DNA of 32,000 nt from an uncultured archaeon. Its GTDB lineage: Archaea; Asgardarchaeota; Thorarchaeia; Thorarchaeales; CAZPUN01. Of this stretch, positions 1-8,222 are shown one piece after another (the first letter of the stretch is position 1; every line of letters starts with the position of its first letter). The notes beneath the pieces are model-generated. The model saw only the letters and a list, made by a program, of their open reading frames with translations. It made no database searches and was not told where the DNA came from. The stretch lies in assembly GCA_964589775.1 (NCBI GenBank), contig CAZPUN010000012.1, positions 1 through 32,000 on the forward strand, given 5' to 3'. The position numbers and the translations under genes are program-made.

Positions 1-1
1 T

Positions 2-451
2 ACAGGTCTAAAATATGTTTTCGAAAATGAACCGCGATTATACAAAGTAACCGGAAAAGTTGTACCGGGTCTCGGAGAAGGCGCTTATTATGTGAAAATG
101 TATTCGGAGCGATTTAAAGAGAAACTTGGGTTTACGCCTTATCCTGGGACATTAAATATAAAGGTCATAAGAAAACCGGAATTAAATCAATTACTAGCTG
201 TCCTTGAGAATAATGCAATAATTGTAGAAGGATTTGAAGCAGATAATAGAACATTTGGCAGAGTGCGATGTTGTATTGTTTCCATTGAAGATAAGGTACA
301 AGGTGCAATAGTTTTAGCAGAACGTACACATCATGAAGAAGATACAGCTGAAATTATAGCTCCGGTTAATTTACGAGAAACACTTAATCTAAAAGATGGA
401 GATATATTAAATGTCACTGTGATTTTACATGATTTCAAAGCTAATCGGTAA
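2..451 (+). CDS. ribK: CTP-dependent riboflavin kinase, 5'-truncated by the window edge (possibly HTH-fused RbkR type)
   Basis: The frame is open from nt 2 (TGLKYVFENEPRLYKVTGKVVPGLGEGAYY...). Archaeal RibK motifs GxVxxGLGEGxYY, PYPGTLN, RTHH and EIIAPVNLR are present. Confidence 0.92.
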   Translation, partial: TGLKYVFENEPRLYKVTGKVVPGLGEGAYYVKMYSERFKEKLGFTPYPGTLNIKVIRKPELNQLLAVLENNAIIVEGFEADNRTFGRVRCCIVSIEDKVQGAIVLAERTHHEEDTAEIIAPVNLRETLNLKDGDILNVTVILHDFKANR

Positions 452-1124
452 TTCCAAATTTTCCAACTAAGGGTACAAATGCAACACCACCGTGATATGA
501 TTTTGAAAGATTCCCATCAATATCTTTTTCTATAACAATTAATTCTTGCCAAAATGCATGCTCACCAACAGGGATTACTAACCTGCCTAAAGGTGCTAAT
601 TGTTCAACTAGAGGCGGAGGTATTCTTGGTGCTGCAGCAGTTACCAGTATTCGATCATAGGGGGCCTCATCAGGATATCCTAAGGACCCATCACCAATGA
701 TAACTTTTACAATATCACCATATCCCAACCGATTTAATGTTTGTTCGGCTTGTAATGCAAGTTCAGCTATTCGCTCAATTGTATAGACTTTGCCATTTAG
801 AGTTGGATCAGGTGATGAAACTAATTCTGCACATAATGCGGCATGATAACCACTTCCAGTACCAATTTCTAATAATTTATGGCCCGGTCTTAATTTTAAT
901 AATTCACACATCATTGCACACATATGAGGGGCAGAAATAGTTTGCCCTTTCCCAATTCTAAGAGGGGTATCAAGATATGCACTGTTTCTTGCATGTGGTG
1001 GCAAAAACTCCTCACGCGGAACTTTTCTAAATGCCCGTTCTACTTCAGGAGATACAATATATCCATTAGATTTTAAACGATGAATTAGATATTCTTTTGA
1101 TTCTTTTAGGGATTTGTCAGTCAT
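441..1124 (-). CDS. pcm: Protein-L-isoaspartate O-methyltransferase
   Basis: Motifs VPREEF, GQTISAPHM, LEIGTGSGYHAA, GDGSLGY, APYDRILVTAAA and FVPLVG. Confidence 0.96.
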   Translation of the reverse strand: MTDKSLKESKEYLIHRLKSNGYIVSPEVERAFRKVPREEFLPPHARNSAYLDTPLRIGKGQTISAPHMCAMMCELLKLRPGHKLLEIGTGSGYHAALCAELVSSPDPTLNGKVYTIERIAELALQAEQTLNRLGYGDIVKVIIGDGSLGYPDEAPYDRILVTAAAPRIPPPLVEQLAPLGRLVIPVGEHAFWQELIVIEKDIDGNLSKSYHGGVAFVPLVGKFGITD

Positions 1125-1207
1125 ATATTATGCACCATAATGATTTTCTAATCATATTATAAATTATTATCGAATAATTTAAAGATTAATAGATAAAAAT
1201 TAAAGTT

Positions 1208-1636
1208 ATGAATGAACTGTCAATAACATTTATTGCTTTTGGACATAAAAATATTAGAGCTACACATAAGACAACTTTAGAAATTACAAAAGAATCAGAT
1301 CTTACAATTAAAGGCGATTGTATCATAGGCGTAAATGCAGATATCGCCTGTTATGATATTCCCAAGCATATATTAGAAGCCGCAAAAAGTAAAGACTGCA
1401 TAATAAAATTAATTCTAGAAATAAATGGGAAAAAAGAAATTATTACAGGCAGAGGAGATCCACGATTAACATATAAAAACAAAATAAGCTTTGTAGTACG
1501 CAAAAGTAATTTTGTGTGTGATAGAACGTTAATGATCAATGCAGATAAATCAGCAAGAGATTTAGACCGGAGTTTCATAGAAGAACTAAAAGATGAAAAA
1601 TCCAAAATTTTAGGTAAAATAATATATATTTACTAA
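1208..1636 (+). CDS. DUF371 family archaeal protein
   Basis: Motifs GHKNIRATHKTTLEITK, GDCIIGV, VVRKSNFVCDRTL and ADKSARDL. Confidence 0.88.
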   Translation: MNELSITFIAFGHKNIRATHKTTLEITKESDLTIKGDCIIGVNADIACYDIPKHILEAAKSKDCIIKLILEINGKKEIITGRGDPRLTYKNKISFVVRKSNFVCDRTLMINADKSARDLDRSFIEELKDEKSKILGKIIYIY

Positions 1637-2694
1637 TCAAGCATAACATCAATAGCCATATGATATTCATGAGGCGCACTTTCGCGAACACGCCGGACAT
1701 TAATTACTTTAGACACATGACGACCAAAATTATTTACTAAAAGAGAAACATGTCGAATTAATTTCTCTTCCGGATCTGGTTCAGGCATAAAAGCATATAG
1801 ATGCATAATTCCACCATGTTTCAGACAACGACATGCAACATCTATGAATTCTAATGCATGCCCCGGTAAATTCATAATAACATGATCTGCAATATTTGCT
1901 AATTTTTGATTTACGACTTCCCTTGCATCGCCGACTATGGGTATAATTTCACCAACAAGCTTATTTAATTCAATACTTCGTTTAAGAAGGGCGATTGCAG
2001 AAGGATTTAGATCAATTGCATATACTTTCGCTTTATGATTTTTGGCAATTAAAATTGCAAAAGGTCCAATCCCGGTAAATAGATCTACAACGACTTCATT
2101 ATCCTTAACTTGTCTCATAATTCGCTTGTGTTCTTCAGATAATCGCGGACTAAAATATGCTTTAGATAGATCAACATAAAACACACATCCATGTTCACGA
2201 TGTATCGTATGAGTCCTTTGTTCACCTGCAATTACTTCATAGTTTCTAATTCGGAATGTTCCTGAAACACTACCCAATTTCATTAAGACAACATTAATGT
2301 TTGGAAGAGATCGAACTAAAACTTTACCGATTTCATATTTATAAGATAAGATTTCATTAGGAATTTCGATAATTAAAATATCCCCGACAGATTCAAAAGA
2401 TCTAGGTAAAAATCTAAGCAGATCTTCAGGCATTCGCCCTCGGAATTCTTCGACAAGCCCTTTAAATCGTTTTTTTCTCTGAGGCAACTCATAAGATAGA
2501 ATTTTAAAATCAATACATATTTGTTTCAGTATATCAAGTACATCCTTAGAAGGCTCTTTAATTAGCGGAAAATACACAAATTTTTGTTGACTAATTGGCT
2601 TTCGTTCCATATCTAAAAGATTTAAACGTATGAGAGCCTTTCGAACTTTTTCAGCACATTCCTGCTTTACTACAATAGTCAAGTCAGATAGCAT
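1633..2694 (-). CDS. trm5: tRNA (guanine-37-N1) methyltransferase, Trm5/Met10 family
   Basis: Motifs GDILII, HREHG, YFSPRLSEE, SAM motif DLFTGIGPF and MNLP. Confidence 0.88.
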   Translation of the reverse strand: MLSDLTIVVKQECAEKVRKALIRLNLLDMERKPISQQKFVYFPLIKEPSKDVLDILKQICIDFKILSYELPQRKKRFKGLVEEFRGRMPEDLLRFLPRSFESVGDILIIEIPNEILSYKYEIGKVLVRSLPNINVVLMKLGSVSGTFRIRNYEVIAGEQRTHTIHREHGCVFYVDLSKAYFSPRLSEEHKRIMRQVKDNEVVVDLFTGIGPFAILIAKNHKAKVYAIDLNPSAIALLKRSIELNKLVGEIIPIVGDAREVVNQKLANIADHVIMNLPGHALEFIDVACRCLKHGGIMHLYAFMPEPDPEEKLIRHVSLLVNNFGRHVSKVINVRRVRESAPHEYHMAIDVMLD

Positions 2695-2707
2695 AATACA
2701 AAACTCA

Positions 2708-3265
2708 TCAACAGTCCCTTATGATTTTATCGGAAAGACAAAAATTCTTATCCAGACTAATATGAATACCATTAATAATTTTGAAAAGTAAAACGTTAAT
2801 TCGTTCATTATGAACATTCAATTCTAAAAACGTAGAATCATGAATGGGAAAAGTACCACCATAAGCGCCAGTAATAGTTCCAGGATTCAAAACCAAAACG
2901 TCAGAAATAACAATGATTGTAGGTTCATGCGTATGCCCAGTAACCACAACATTTGCGTTATAATTTTTCGATCTACTGACGAGCTTCTTGTATTTTCCAC
3001 GCCCTACAATATGCCCATGCGTGATATAAAATTTGAAATTTGAAATTTCAATTGTTTCTTCAAGAGGAATATCACCATAATCCATGTTTCCACGAACAGA
3101 TATAATTTTAGGAACAGAAAGTTCTTGTAATATGGAATAATCTGTTAAATCACCAGTAGTTATTACTAAGTCGATATCGCCAGTATTTACATAATCAATA
3201 AATTCAGTGGGTAATTGTGACGCCCTAGAGGGTATATGAGAATCGCCAAATACTACTATTTTCAC
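2708..3265 (-). CDS. Metallophosphoesterase, MJ0936/YfcE/Vps29 family
   Basis: Motifs GDSHIP, TGD, RGNMD, THGH, GHTH and NPG. The GTG start overlaps the upstream stop (GTGA). Confidence 0.9.
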   Translation of the reverse strand: MKIVVFGDSHIPSRASQLPTEFIDYVNTGDIDLVITTGDLTDYSILQELSVPKIISVRGNMDYGDIPLEETIEISNFKFYITHGHIVGRGKYKKLVSRSKNYNANVVVTGHTHEPTIIVISDVLVLNPGTITGAYGGTFPIHDSTFLELNVHNERINVLLFKIINGIHISLDKNFCLSDKIIRDC

Positions 3266-5466
3266 GAAGACTTCCTCACTTTGTCTTCTTTCATATGCTC
3301 TAATATTCGTTCGTAAATGAACTTTGTTTTTTCATTTGCTAATCGGTACAATCGTTCGACAATTAATTCGGGAGTACTTCTTGCAAGATAATTGAATCGC
3401 GGATTTCTATTTACAATTAATTGCAATGAATCATCTAAACCTTTTGCCTCAATACCATCAACTCGAACGTGTGCTTTAGTTGATTCAAGTATCTCCTTTG
3501 CAAGATGACTCACTAACAATGTACAAGTAGATTCGGAGTCCTCAAGAATTTCAAGCAACCCGGCAATAACACTTGCAGCAGCACCAGGTTCAGTCATTGC
3601 CTCAATTTCATCAAACATTGCTAACTTTGATTTATTTGATGATACGATTTTAGCAAATTGTTTTAGAGTTGTTTCAAAAGCGCCAGCACTTACCATACCT
3701 TGGGATTTTGAGAAATAATAAAGTTCTTCGAAAATTCTTAATGATGCACGCTTTGCGGGAACTGGAAAGCCCATTTGTGCCAAAATTGCAATGTGAGCTA
3801 CTGTTTGTAATGCAGATGTTTTACCTCCAGAATTGGCACCACTTAATATAATCGTACGTTCACCATTTGTACCTTCAGGTTGGTAATGATTAGTACCAAT
3901 TGTATAATTAATGGGTACAGGTTTTGAACCGCCTCGCAAGTAGTTTTGTTGCAATAGAATATTTAATCCACCTTCAAAACCAATCCCAGTATATTTTTCA
4001 TTAATCTCAGGGATCTCAAGTTCATACGCCTTACCAAACCTACCTACAGTAAAGAATAAGTCAAATTCAAGTAATGTTTGTACAATAGAAACAAGAGTGT
4101 CACGAATATCACTCAATACATTCGCAAATTCACGTAGTTGTTTATATTCTTTCATTGCATACAAACTTTGCATCTGGTTTTCTAAATCAGATACCTTCTT
4201 TTGATTTAATTGAATAGGAACTGAAATTTCTTCAGAGAACAATCCTTCAACCCAATCAGATTCACGTACAGTTAAACCTAGCTCTTTTGCGAGCTTGTCT
4301 TCAGCAAGTTGAGTTACTTCGGAAAATGTTTCAATAATCTCTGCAGGAAGTAAAGCAGAAGCATCCGTTTCTTCAGCATCCAAGGATTGCAATATACTAA
4401 GAATTTGTTTTCCATCTAGAGATACTTTACTATTTGCAATACGGTTTTCAAGTTCTTGATTCACCCAAACTTCAATATCCAGAATTGTATTGTCGAAATT
4501 CTTTATTGCTTTTCTAAACCTATCAATATCAGGGTCAATTCCAGGAGCTACTTCACCTGTATTTGTAATTTTAGACAATAATTCAGATACGACTTTTAAT
4601 TTTTCAATATCCAATCGATCTTTAAACTTCTTTAAACTATCAGATTCGGGAAAGCCCATTAAAATTTCACTAATTTCAATTGCAGCCTTTATAATTTCAT
4701 AATTGATTGCATAGAAAGATATAATTTTTTCAGGAAGAATCATTTCTAAATTCCAATCAGACGGTAGAACTTCAATATTTTCAATATAATCCAAATTATA
4801 TTCTAGCATGGATTCACCTTTTCCAGGAATTAGAAATACTAAATTGTAACCTTCTGCATAATCCGCGGGATTTTCACCCTTATCTAAAAGCGATACACTG
4901 CACCATTTATCAACATCTTGTTCTAGAAGTTTATCATATACATCGCGGTTATATGTAATAATAGCTCTACCGGGAATTCGTCGAGGGGGAATACGACGGC
5001 GTAATGCACGGATCTTACGAAGTTTAGATACTAACTGTTTTTCAATTTCAGGAGATATCGAACGAAGAAGATTAAGACTATCACCAAAGAATTTTTGCCG
5101 TTCGAGAATCTCATCCATTTTTGAGGGGGGCAAAGGAAAGTATAGAAGTAACTTATCACGCGCATATTGAGTGGATGCAAAGTCTTGTATGATACCTAAA
5201 ATTTGTTCATATATTTTATTGATATCCTTAGTTTTTAGAACATCTTTTGAAGATACCCCAAACTTTACTTCAAATGCACTTTTTACAATATTTACAGCTT
5301 GTCGTGCGCCAATTCCAGGAATAGCAGATAAGATATCAACTCTTGCATCTTCAATAACACGAATTGCTCTTTTTTCAGATTTAAAATATTGTTTTAGAAT
5401 TGTAGCAGTTTTCTCACCAATTCCCGGTATCATATCAAGACGTTCGAAACTCATCGCACTCATCAT
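3262..5466 (-). CDS. Archaeal MutS5-like ATPase with N-terminal helix-hairpin-helix motifs
   Basis: Two HhH motifs (IPGIGEKTA, IPGIGARQA) and a MutS domain V: Walker A SGANSGGKT, GAFE, MFDEIE-TEPG and VSHL. The start was moved to the ATG cluster at 5466/5463/5454 because the longer ORF overlaps the divergent nadM. Confidence 0.85.
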   Translation of the reverse strand: MMSAMSFERLDMIPGIGEKTATILKQYFKSEKRAIRVIEDARVDILSAIPGIGARQAVNIVKSAFEVKFGVSSKDVLKTKDINKIYEQILGIIQDFASTQYARDKLLLYFPLPPSKMDEILERQKFFGDSLNLLRSISPEIEKQLVSKLRKIRALRRRIPPRRIPGRAIITYNRDVYDKLLEQDVDKWCSVSLLDKGENPADYAEGYNLVFLIPGKGESMLEYNLDYIENIEVLPSDWNLEMILPEKIISFYAINYEIIKAAIEISEILMGFPESDSLKKFKDRLDIEKLKVVSELLSKITNTGEVAPGIDPDIDRFRKAIKNFDNTILDIEVWVNQELENRIANSKVSLDGKQILSILQSLDAEETDASALLPAEIIETFSEVTQLAEDKLAKELGLTVRESDWVEGLFSEEISVPIQLNQKKVSDLENQMQSLYAMKEYKQLREFANVLSDIRDTLVSIVQTLLEFDLFFTVGRFGKAYELEIPEINEKYTGIGFEGGLNILLQQNYLRGGSKPVPINYTIGTNHYQPEGTNGERTIILSGANSGGKTSALQTVAHIAILAQMGFPVPAKRASLRIFEELYYFSKSQGMVSAGAFETTLKQFAKIVSSNKSKLAMFDEIEAMTEPGAAASVIAGLLEILEDSESTCTLLVSHLAKEILESTKAHVRVDGIEAKGLDDSLQLIVNRNPRFNYLARSTPELIVERLYRLANEKTKFIYERILEHMKEDKVRKSS

Positions 5467-5552
5467 CCATAAAATTTCGCGAAGTACATAAAATGTTTTT
5501 GATGATAAAAGATAATAATAATATAAATCTTTATTGTCATAGGTGCAAAAAT

Positions 5553-6068
5553 ATGAGAGCATTATTTGTTGGGCGATTCCAGCCATTCCATAAAGGACAT
5601 CTTTCGACAGTTAAGCAAATACTTGAAAAATTTGATGAATTAATTATTATGATCGGCAGCGCGCAATATAGCCATACAGAACATAATCCATTCACTGCAG
5701 GAGAACGAATTGAAATAATAAAAGAAACACTACTTGATGAAAACATTCCATTTGAAGCGATTTATATAATCCCAGTTCCAGATACCGGAATACATCCAAT
5801 ATGGGTTGCACACGTTCAGTCATTAGTTCCATCATTCGATGTTGTATTTACCCACAATAAATTAGTAGAAAAATTATTTACAGACAAAGGGATAAAAGTC
5901 CAGCATACACGATTATTAGACCGAGCGCACATATCAGGTACAGAAATCCGCAAAAAAATCGCAAAACAAGAAAATTGGGAACAATATGTACCTCCAAAAA
6001 CAGCTGAGTTAATTAAAAAGAAAAGGTTAGATTTACGCATAATAGAACTATTTGGAGAACAGAAATAA
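5553..6068 (+). CDS. nadM: Nicotinamide-nucleotide adenylyltransferase
   Basis: Motifs GRFQPFHKGH, IGSAQ, NPFTAGER and SGTEIR. AGGTG SD-like element at 5541-5545 precedes the ATG at 5553. Confidence 0.95.
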   Translation: MRALFVGRFQPFHKGHLSTVKQILEKFDELIIMIGSAQYSHTEHNPFTAGERIEIIKETLLDENIPFEAIYIIPVPDTGIHPIWVAHVQSLVPSFDVVFTHNKLVEKLFTDKGIKVQHTRLLDRAHISGTEIRKKIAKQENWEQYVPPKTAELIKKKRLDLRIIELFGEQK

Positions 6069-6069
6069 A

Positions 6070-7113
6070 ATGATTGAAATTGATGGCGCATTAGGTGAAG
6101 GTGGTGGCCAGATCTTACGAACAAGCATAGCATTATCAATAATTTCTGGAGAGCCTGTAAAAATATATAATATACGTAAGAACAGACCAAAAGGAGGCGG
6201 ATTAAGACCGCAACACATAACAGCAATAAATGCTCTTAAAGAAATTTCAAATTCTAGAACAGAAAATGTTTTTGAAGGGTCAAAAGAAATCACATTCTAT
6301 CCGGGCAAACCAAAACCGGGTAAGTACTCATTTAATATTGGAACAGCTGGAAGCATATCCTTAGTACTTCAAGCAATTTTACCAGCTATTTCTAAAATTG
6401 ATGGATTATTTGACATTCACCTAATTGGTGGCACAGATGTAGCATGGAGCCCACCGATTGATTACTTAGATCATGTGTTATTTCCTGTTCTGAGAAGAAT
6501 GGGAATAAGCATACAGTTAGAACTTAAAAAAAGGGGATATTATCCGAAAGGTGGAGGCGAGGTATTCATAAAAGTAAAAGGAACCTCGGAAATAAAGCAA
6601 ATTAATGCTATTTACCGACCAGATATTGTGTATATTAGCGGTATTTCACATGCTACGAACCTACCAAAACACATTGCAGAACGACAAGCAAAAAGTGCTA
6701 AAGAAATTTTAATGACTGCAGGATATACAAATGTAAACTTTAAGATAGAGCACAACATATCAAAAGAATTTAGAGGACTTGGCAGTGGCATTTGTATCTG
6801 GGCAAATTCTCAAGAATTAGTAGCAATTGGAGGAGATGCACTAGGCTCAAAAGGAAAACGAGCTGAAGTTGTCGGACAAGAAGCAGCTGAAAAAATAATC
6901 GAAAGCCTAGAAACAAAAATGGCATTTGACTATCATGTGGGAGATATGCTAATTCCATTTTTAGCACTCGCTAAAGACACGAGTAAAATTGGTGTCTCAA
7001 AAATAACAAATCATCTGACAACAAATATTACAATTGTAAGGAAACTACTAGGCACGGATATCTCACTTAAAAAAGAAAATGGTGCTACAATAATTATTGT
7101 CAAACGTAAATGA
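6070..7113 (+). CDS. rtcA: RNA 3'-terminal phosphate cyclase
   Basis: Motifs IDGALGEGGGQILRT, GLRPQH, TAGSISL, GGTDV, RGYYPKGGG and the catalytic His in HLTTN. The ATG lies 1 nt after the nadM stop. Confidence 0.95.
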   Translation: MIEIDGALGEGGGQILRTSIALSIISGEPVKIYNIRKNRPKGGGLRPQHITAINALKEISNSRTENVFEGSKEITFYPGKPKPGKYSFNIGTAGSISLVLQAILPAISKIDGLFDIHLIGGTDVAWSPPIDYLDHVLFPVLRRMGISIQLELKKRGYYPKGGGEVFIKVKGTSEIKQINAIYRPDIVYISGISHATNLPKHIAERQAKSAKEILMTAGYTNVNFKIEHNISKEFRGLGSGICIWANSQELVAIGGDALGSKGKRAEVVGQEAAEKIIESLETKMAFDYHVGDMLIPFLALAKDTSKIGVSKITNHLTTNITIVRKLLGTDISLKKENGATIIIVKRK

Positions 7114-7121
7114 GGAACAAT

Positions 7122-8138
7122 CTATTCTGAAACAATTTGCACTTGATCAAGTGCATATTTCATTAGCTCATTAACGCCATATCCTTTCTCAGCAATTATT
7201 TCAAATTTTATTTCGGGAATTTTTTCTTTGATTCGAGTTATTTGAATATCTGAAGCAAGATCTATTTTATTTAAAATAGGAATTATTGGAATAGTAGGGA
7301 ATGTTCGCCTTATCTCATTATAAAGATTAATTTGATCATCAATAGGAAATCCACAGGTTTCTGATGGATCTATTATATGTATGATCACGTTCGCAAGATA
7401 TTTTAATGCAACGACTGCTTGCTTTTCCACAACATTGCGATCATTAGGAGGACGATCTAATATACCGGGGGTATCTACAATCTGTATTCGTTTATCATTA
7501 ACAATAGTATGTCCTACAATTATTGATTTTGTTGTAAAAGGATAAAATGCAATTTCAGGTTCTGCAGTTGAAATTTGACGAACTAATGTAGACTTGCCAA
7601 CATTAGGACTTCCAGAACATACAATTGTTGGAACAAGAGGATCAATACTGGGAAGCTTCGATAAAATTGTTTTTGCTTCGATGAGTAATAATATTTTATC
7701 ATTAGTTTTTCTTAGGACAGATGCCATACGGCCTAGTGCGGCACGTCTTATTTTTGCAGCTTCTGCAGGGGTTTTCGCATATTTTACAGATTTACCATAT
7801 TTATTTCCGAGCCCAATAATGGCTTTCGCAGCCCCATTTACGGCACCTAAAGCTTGTTTTAATTTATCAAGACCGATTAAAATATCTGCTAGTTCAATAT
7901 AAAATGGATGTAAATGATCTAATGAAGGATAATATTTTACAATATCAAATAATTTGCTAGAAATAAGTTCAGATAAGTATGTAATCCGTTCGTATTCTTT
8001 AAATCTAGCAACACGAATAGCTTTAAGGCGGGGCCTTAATTTAAAGTTCATCTTACGTAATCTACCGATAGCATAATCCATAATTTGTTCGTAAGTCATT
8101 ATGGTTCCAATTCTAGCAAAGGGATTTGTAGAGTTCAT
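7122..8138 (-). CDS. nog1: Nog1-family (Obg-class) GTPase, ribosome biogenesis
   Basis: G1 GSPNVGKS, G2 YPFTT, G3 DTPGILDRP and G4 NKID. The N-terminal helical domain carries LHPFY. Confidence 0.92.
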   Translation of the reverse strand: MNSTNPFARIGTIMTYEQIMDYAIGRLRKMNFKLRPRLKAIRVARFKEYERITYLSELISSKLFDIVKYYPSLDHLHPFYIELADILIGLDKLKQALGAVNGAAKAIIGLGNKYGKSVKYAKTPAEAAKIRRAALGRMASVLRKTNDKILLLIEAKTILSKLPSIDPLVPTIVCSGSPNVGKSTLVRQISTAEPEIAFYPFTTKSIIVGHTIVNDKRIQIVDTPGILDRPPNDRNVVEKQAVVALKYLANVIIHIIDPSETCGFPIDDQINLYNEIRRTFPTIPIIPILNKIDLASDIQITRIKEKIPEIKFEIIAEKGYGVNELMKYALDQVQIVSE

Positions 8139-8222
8139 ACAGGCACCGCCTTTAATTATAAATACTTAGATGTAATATATACAATGTAATATCTCAAAAA
8201 TTATGTTATAAATGGATTGAAA

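Noticed and set aside
5467-5586. N-terminal extensions in the ORF track for mutS5 (5586), nadM (5493) and gins23 (18006)
   Set aside because: They overlap divergent genes or promoters and are non-homologous. Downstream ATGs fit the family starts.
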